64,000 nucleotides of DNA from Eledone cirrhosa (taxonomy: Eukaryota). Below are positions 57,172 through 64,000 of the stretch, one piece after another. Positions within the stretch are counted from its first letter, which is position 1, and each line of letters begins with the position of its first letter. The notes beneath the pieces were generated by a model. The model saw only the letters and a list, made by a program, of their open reading frames with translations, made no database searches and was not told the DNA's origin. The translations under genes and the position numbers were made by a program. The DNA lies in contig OZ024740.1 in assembly GCA_964016885.1 (NCBI GenBank), positions 411,122,001 through 411,186,000 on the forward strand. The letters run 5' to 3'.

Positions 57172-57420
57172 AGAATGCTAATGACCCAACGGGTCTAGAA
57201 ACATCTGACTGATAAAATGACAAATCAGCCAATCATATCGGTGGCCTCCCCATAGCCCCGGCGGACAGAATGGAGAAGGCGTTTCCCCGGAGGACGGCAA
57301 GGGAGAAGCGCTGGAAAAGCCACTCCAACTCACGGGGCTCACACCTGCGGCTGGTCAGCTTAGCGTCTAAGGTGGTGAGTAGGGAGTTAGCCCTTGGGCC
57401 GAGGACACCAGAAGTCTAGA
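57171..57420 (-). mobile_element. 3' fragment of a CRE-clade (restriction-like endonuclease) non-LTR element
   Basis: Minus frame TSGVLGPRANSLL...EWLFQRFSLAVLRGNAFSIL matches the CRE C-terminal ETxG...LFQRLSxAxxRGNA motif; 3' end abuts (TA)n. Confidence 0.72.
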
Positions 57421-57544
57421 GCGAGTTTAGAAAGAGAAAGGATTGTAGATAGAGGAGGAGGGGGATGGCAAAAGAGAGAAGGAAAGAGAAAATAGAAAAA
57501 AAATGAATCCGGGGAGAGCAGAAATAAAATAACGCTGAAAGGTT

Positions 57545-57730
57545 ATAAGTTAACTTTGAGGCAGGGTATTAGTTTTTATCTCAAAAGAAATCAGCAACAG
57601 AAAGGGCAAGCGGGCACAGATACAAATCAAGGCGGCGAGAAGGAGGGTAGTGTTATGGGTTAGTATTTCAAGTAGAGTGGATACTGCGACACAAGTACCA
57701 ATCCTATGTTAGTCAGGGTGATATATGGAA
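57545..57730. repeat. Ancient interspersed repeat related to 12750-12905
   Basis: Shared blocks ttttatctcaa.agaa..caacaga, ttcaagtaga.tggatac and tatg.tagtc..ggtgatat. Confidence 0.55.
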
Positions 57731-58392
57731 TGTCGGTGATGCGAAGAGAGGAAATACCACCAATCTGAGTAGTACTCGTTGTAAGTAGAATGTTACTAGA
57801 TTAGTTCGGTAATATTCAATACTTTCCAAAGGCAGAGATTAAATATGATAAGGGTTTTCTACCCTAGGGTTAAGATTTTACCGTTTCTCATCTACTATCG
57901 AAACGATAAAAGAATAAATATAGAGCAACAAACCTATATAACATATATTGTTTTGGACCTCTATTTCTTCCGACGAAGTGTGCCACTGCTGATCTTGCTC
58001 AGTGACAGAAGCGCCGCCTGGTCCGTACATCGAACACAACCTTCCTGAGCCGAATACCTAACCATTAAGCCACATGCGTTTACAACATATGTCTATATAT
58101 ATATCTAAATCTATATATGTATCTATATCTATATATGTATCTATATACAAATTTTAGTACAGCATCAACGAAGCCTTAGGTTGCAGCCAAGCAAACGAAT
58201 TCTGTTTCGGTGTGCAGCTAAGCACTCAGAGGAGAATTTTACCCCAGAGTTATAACATTACGTTTAGACAGCTTTGCAAATCAAATACAGCGACTGATAG
58301 GCTGGCCGCTTAGACCATAGCGACGAAAAAAATTGAACTCAGGAAAAGATTTTGACTGACCTGGACCGGGGCGTAGACATTACATGCAACAC

Positions 58393-58556
58393 ATAATTGT
58401 TTCTACTTTAGGCACAAGGCCAGCAATTATCCAGTGCATTACTGGTACTTTATTTTATCGACCCCGTAAGGATGAAAGGCAAAGTCAACCTCGGCTGGAT
58501 TTGAACTCAGATCGTAAAGGGACGTAACTATGCTGCAAAGCATGGCGTCCGACCCT
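58393..58556 (-). mobile_element. Nin-domain SINE, 5'-truncated
   Basis: Reverse complement of B box, core and tail. Confidence 0.9.
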
Positions 58557-58861
58557 ATAATGTCTACCATACAATACACATCACATGCAACATACAACAT
58601 TTCCGCTAGGTTTCGGTAAATCCGAAATCGACAAATTCCACTTGCAGGGGTCTGTAAGTTAATGGCTTTTGACGACAGAACAAAGGAATTACTTCGTCAA
58701 CATGTTTTTCGTTCTGTTCCTCAACGGGTGTGCGTTCTAGCAGTAAACTGCGCAGAGGCACGTGCTTTTCCGTTTTGGCGGTCAATTCGAAATTTGGAAC
58801 AAAGGAATAAAATCCCCTTACACAAACTGAATTAAGCACTCAAATAGAAGTTGTATCTCTC

Positions 58862-58924
<63 letters not shown>

Positions 58925-58929
<5 letters not shown>

Positions 58930-59156
58930 AACATTTAGTTCACCGTACCAAGAACAATTGTTTCACCTTATGCGGATCTTCAGCTCGGACTAGTCAAGGT
59001 TATACGGAACAGGAAGAACAACCGTATCGGTTGATCCGCATAAGGTGAAACAATTGTTCTTGGTATGGTGAACTAACTGTTGTGTTGCTACTTCTACCAA
59101 ACTCGTCCCATTGACTGAGTGCTCTACCACTACGGATATTACCTTCCAGTGTTCTA

Positions 59157-59158
<2 letters not shown>
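58925..59158. mobile_element. Fold-back element family E in (TA)n
   Basis: Inverted repeat of about 51 bp at 58928-58978 / 59033-59083, plus a tail of about 75 nt on the right arm. Confidence 0.82.
58948..58988 (-). ncRNA. Minimal type I hammerhead ribozyme with palindromic helix III
   Basis: ccgag-CTGAAGA-tcc gcataa ggt-GAAA-c aatt g-TT-cttgg; 5-bp helix I with one G.U; ACAATTGT palindrome; GUU triplet; helix II weak. Confidence 0.78.
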
Positions 59159-59205
<47 letters not shown>

Positions 59206-59206
59206 A

Positions 59207-59256
<50 letters not shown>

Positions 59257-59615
59257 AGTAGTGATCAGAACAGCGAAGACTATATCAACATGCAATGGTT
59301 TTAACTCGACAGGTGCAGGGTCTATCAACTGTTTCCGTGTTGGTTTAACATTGGTGAATTGAATGTAATTCCAGGAATGTTTATTCATAATATAAGTAAC
59401 AAGAATAGGACAACATTGCAGTTAGAGGGTAAACATTAATTATACAATTGACACGTGTTTCGCTATCTTACAAATGAACAAGATCTAGAAAAGCTAGTGC
59501 GACTTCATTTATCGGAAATTTAATTCTTACTGTTTTGTATCATTAAGCGAGACAGCTCGTCGGAAGAAAAAGCAATGTTACAATGTTTACATTTATGCAA
59601 AGTAATAATGAGTCC

Positions 59616-59960
<345 letters not shown>

Positions 59961-61480
59961 AACAAAATTGAAGCCATGGTTTCATATGTGAGGAAGATCC
60001 GTACATAGCAGTTCAATTGTTTATAGAGTAAAGGAAAAATAAAAAAAAAAATAGGATGTAGTGAGATAGTGGGGAGGTAAAAACTTAAGTAGTTTAAATG
60101 ACTTTATTTTCATTGGCTAGTTTCCCTTTCTGTATGTAAAGTCACATCTGTGTCAGGTATTTATACGTATTCTTTGTTGGCTAAGACTAAGCGAACATGT
60201 ACAATGTGGCAGAGAGAACCTTCTCAATCTCTACATATTCTCTATTCACTCTGATTCATTACATGCTTGTGGTCCATCCGTGTGGGAGGCCTTTGGTCTT
60301 AAATCTTATACAAGAACCCTTCAAGGTTAGCTTAAAAACATACGCCTAATCTCTTTCTTCGGTGTAAGCGATTTTATTGCCACGATTTAACCTGTTTCTA
60401 CGTATTTTTCACGTATTCAAAATGTCCTTTGTTGCCCATTTTCTCCTCATCGCTATCTGTTATTTCATCTCTTTCTATTCATCACTTTTTGTAACAACTT
60501 ATAATATTACCTCCAATATTCTTTACAAGATATATTAGTAGCCTTAAGATTTACTATATTTTCGAGTTGTAGAAGGCCGCTTAAATTTTCGGTAAATAAA
60601 GTGTCATATTCTGGAAGGTGTATTCTAATTACAATCGTTATTTTTCTTTAAGCCACTTTAATTGGAGTATAACTCTACGTTAATATGTGGTAATGGTATA
60701 CAGATCCTTTAAGAAAGGAAAAACAAACTGATCAATACACTGGAAAATACAAACACAAGCACTTCAACACTCTCGTGCGTTATTTCCTTTGGCTGAAAGT
60801 CATTCTTTTGATCTATCATGTTTCTTGACCGTAATGTATTAAATCAGCGGAGTTACTTTTCTTCCTTGCCGCGTAAATTTTATAACTTTGTGCTCCTGTC
60901 TTGTTGTTAATTAATTTAGATTAAAATGAAAAGAGTTTGGATATTATTTTTCTTATGTTTCTGTCTAGTCTTACTAATTGCTTTACTGTTTAGTTGAAAA
61001 ATATTTTAACTTATTACAGAGACAGCTGTAGAATCGATGATTCTTACTTTCCATTTACATTAAACCCTCTAATGTGTTGTATCTATGATATTCGTTGTGT
61101 TCAGTCTAGCTTGTTAATTGCTATTTTTAAGTCTATGTTCTATCACGTTATTAGGGTTCTTAATTTATGTTCGTCTCTGTGAGATTGCCATAAACGCTTT
61201 TTCTAATCCCAATCGCATATGAAATCTTCTAGCATGTCCATCTGCTTTTCACAACGGCATTTCTCGTACTGCATGACGTGTAATGTACAGCATGAAGTCA
61301 TTCGTATGAAAAGAAAAGTAGATTTCCCACCAATACCATTTGTAAACAAAGTCTATCTGGTTTACCATGCTACTTAATGGTGTTACAGCCAGATAGAACA
61401 GTGAAAGGAAAATCTTCTGATGTAATTAAATAGTTCGTTGTATCTGTTATATATTAATAAAAAATGTTAACCCCTTCTAT

Positions 61481-61483
<3 letters not shown>

Positions 61484-61578
<95 letters not shown>

Positions 61579-61636
61579 CATATATACATACACATGCACC
61601 TAGCTGTCTGTCTATCTATTAATCTCTCTATATCTA

Positions 61637-61690
<54 letters not shown>

Positions 61691-61710
61691 ACTATCTATC
61701 TATCTATATA
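61484..61710. repeat. (CA)n then (TATC)n tracts
   Basis: Directly visible. Confidence 0.95.
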
Positions 61711-62302
61711 CCGACCTGTGGGGCTATGTAGAACGACTATTGTCGCGGGTGGGACCAATCCGGTTGACCACCGAGTCCATTGTCATGATAAAACCGCCAC
61801 CCTCCTTCAAAAACGAAGGAGAGGCGGTTTTCCTTTGTGTGATAGCTATGGCGAAAGAGGTTGTATGGTGGACGAGGTTAAAATGGCTGAGGTCAGACAC
61901 CTTTCTCTCCGACCAACAACTGATTATTCTTTTCAAATACCACTTTGGAAGAAGAATCAGGATGGAGAGAGAGGTGCTGTACCCCAGCAAGTTTTATGAA
62001 AGGTGGATGAAAGTGGCGAGAATGGCCCGAGTGAATGGGCCTTCTCTCTATATCAGCCTGTAGGTTGAGGAAAAAGAGGAAGAGAGGAAGGGGGTACTCA
62101 TTCTTCGTACTCCTGGAGATGAGGGTTGCACATTTTTGTTCGGGGGTATGTGTTACCCATATGAAATGTCTCCCCCTATTGGGGAAAATCGACTAATTTT
62201 TAAATTGCATTTGTGATAGTCTTTTACACGTTTTTATTGTATGTAAACTTCCCTCTTTGTATTTGTCCCCTTCTTTTGTGTCCCTGTGGCTAATAAATAA
62301 AC
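61711..62302 (+). mobile_element. 5'-truncated Tx1 copy in (TATC)n
   Basis: Very similar to 21130-21720 (SRVGPIRLTTESIVMIKPPP...GPSLYISL* and 3' UTR); TATC on both sides. Confidence 0.93.
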
Positions 62303-62339
62303 ATATCTATCTATCTCTCTCTCTCTATCTCTCTCTATT

Positions 62340-62411
<72 letters not shown>

Positions 62412-62583
62412 GTGTTGGATGCTTAAAGCGTCCGTATGCGGTAGGCCGTATGAGCACTCGATGCCCTCGTAGAGCAGAGTATGATATCAGAGAAAAAAGA
62501 GAATCAGTGTTGCAACGAAAGGAATTTATTGGACATATTACAATTACTTATGTAACAATTGTAATATGTCCAAACAATTATAA

Positions 62584-62768
62584 GCGGTACAGTATCGGTA
62601 GAGAATCGGACGCCATGCTTTCCAGCATAGAGTTACGTCCGTTTACGGTCTTAATTCCAATCCCGCCGAGGTTAACTTTGCCTTTCATCCTTACGGGATC
62701 GATAAAATAAAGTACCAGTAATGCACTGGGATAATTGCTGGCATTGTGCCAAAAGTAGAAACAATTAT
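62584..62768 (+). mobile_element. Nin-domain SINE
   Basis: Partial head, core and tail. Confidence 0.88.
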
Positions 62769-63344
62769 TAGTAAATATTAAATTGCAAATACTAGAGCAT
62801 GAAGAAACCGAATTAACAAGAAAATGAAGAAGAAAAATATGATGATGATATTTATGAAGAATTCAAATTGTTTATAAAAAGAAGGTTAAAGTAAATGTTT
62901 TATATGAAGTAAACGAATAAGATTAGACAATATCTTATGTATTGCATGTGACTCTGTGTGTGTGTCAGTAAAATCAATGTATATGTATGTTTATGTGTGC
63001 CTCAATATATATTTTAAGTAAGTATGTGTACGTTTGTGGAAGTATGTGTAAGGGAATGAAGGTTTCAGTGTGTTTATATATGTCTATATCTATATTAAAT
63101 CTGTTTTTGTGAATATATCTATACCTATATGATATATGTGTAAGTGTATATATGTTTAAGTGAATGAGTGTGTCACATTTTATGTGGATTATATGTAAGT
63201 ATCGTGTACGAGCGTGTACCTATACGTAAGATATTTTGAAGAGATAGAATTATAAAGAACTGCAGAAATAAGATTAGAATTATTTAGATAAACTGATACA
63301 TATAGATTAATAGTTAAATTATTGGATATGAGAACCTACGGCCG

Positions 63345-64000
<656 letters not shown>

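Noticed and set aside
58606-58840. GC-richer segment with short ORFs on both strands
   Set aside because: No recognisable domain or splice structure
60080-60300. Possible GIY-YIG relic upstream of the 59.9 kb hammerhead
   Set aside because: Too decayed to read a diagnostic motif

Overview
AT-rich, microsatellite-dense metazoan DNA. The repeat content suggests a coleoid cephalopod, probably Octopus; this is inference. I could not support any intact host gene or exon, and nearly all listed ORFs are microsatellite or transposon artefacts. The window is a transposon landscape: (i) a full-length but frameshifted Tx1/L1-clade LINE (15.9-21.7 kb) followed head-to-tail by two truncated copies, with a fourth at 61.7 kb, all in (TATC)n/(TC)n tracts; (ii) a decayed Hsmar2-like mariner; (iii) three non-autonomous Helitrons; (iv) about 14 copies of a tRNA-headed Nin-domain SINE, several with ATTAT-starting target-site duplications; (v) RTE, R4/Dong and CRE LINE relics. 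The most interesting signal is a set of short ORF-less inserts in (TA)n tracts, from at least four unrelated sequence families. They carry complete or partial type I hammerhead ribozyme motifs and share an asymmetric fold-back design: a short arm ending at TA and an inverted long arm with a 55-85 nt extra tail. In several, the fold-back point falls on a ribozyme helix. They resemble Penelope-like pseudo-LTR/retrozyme derivatives. Coordinates were read by eye and may be off by a few bases.
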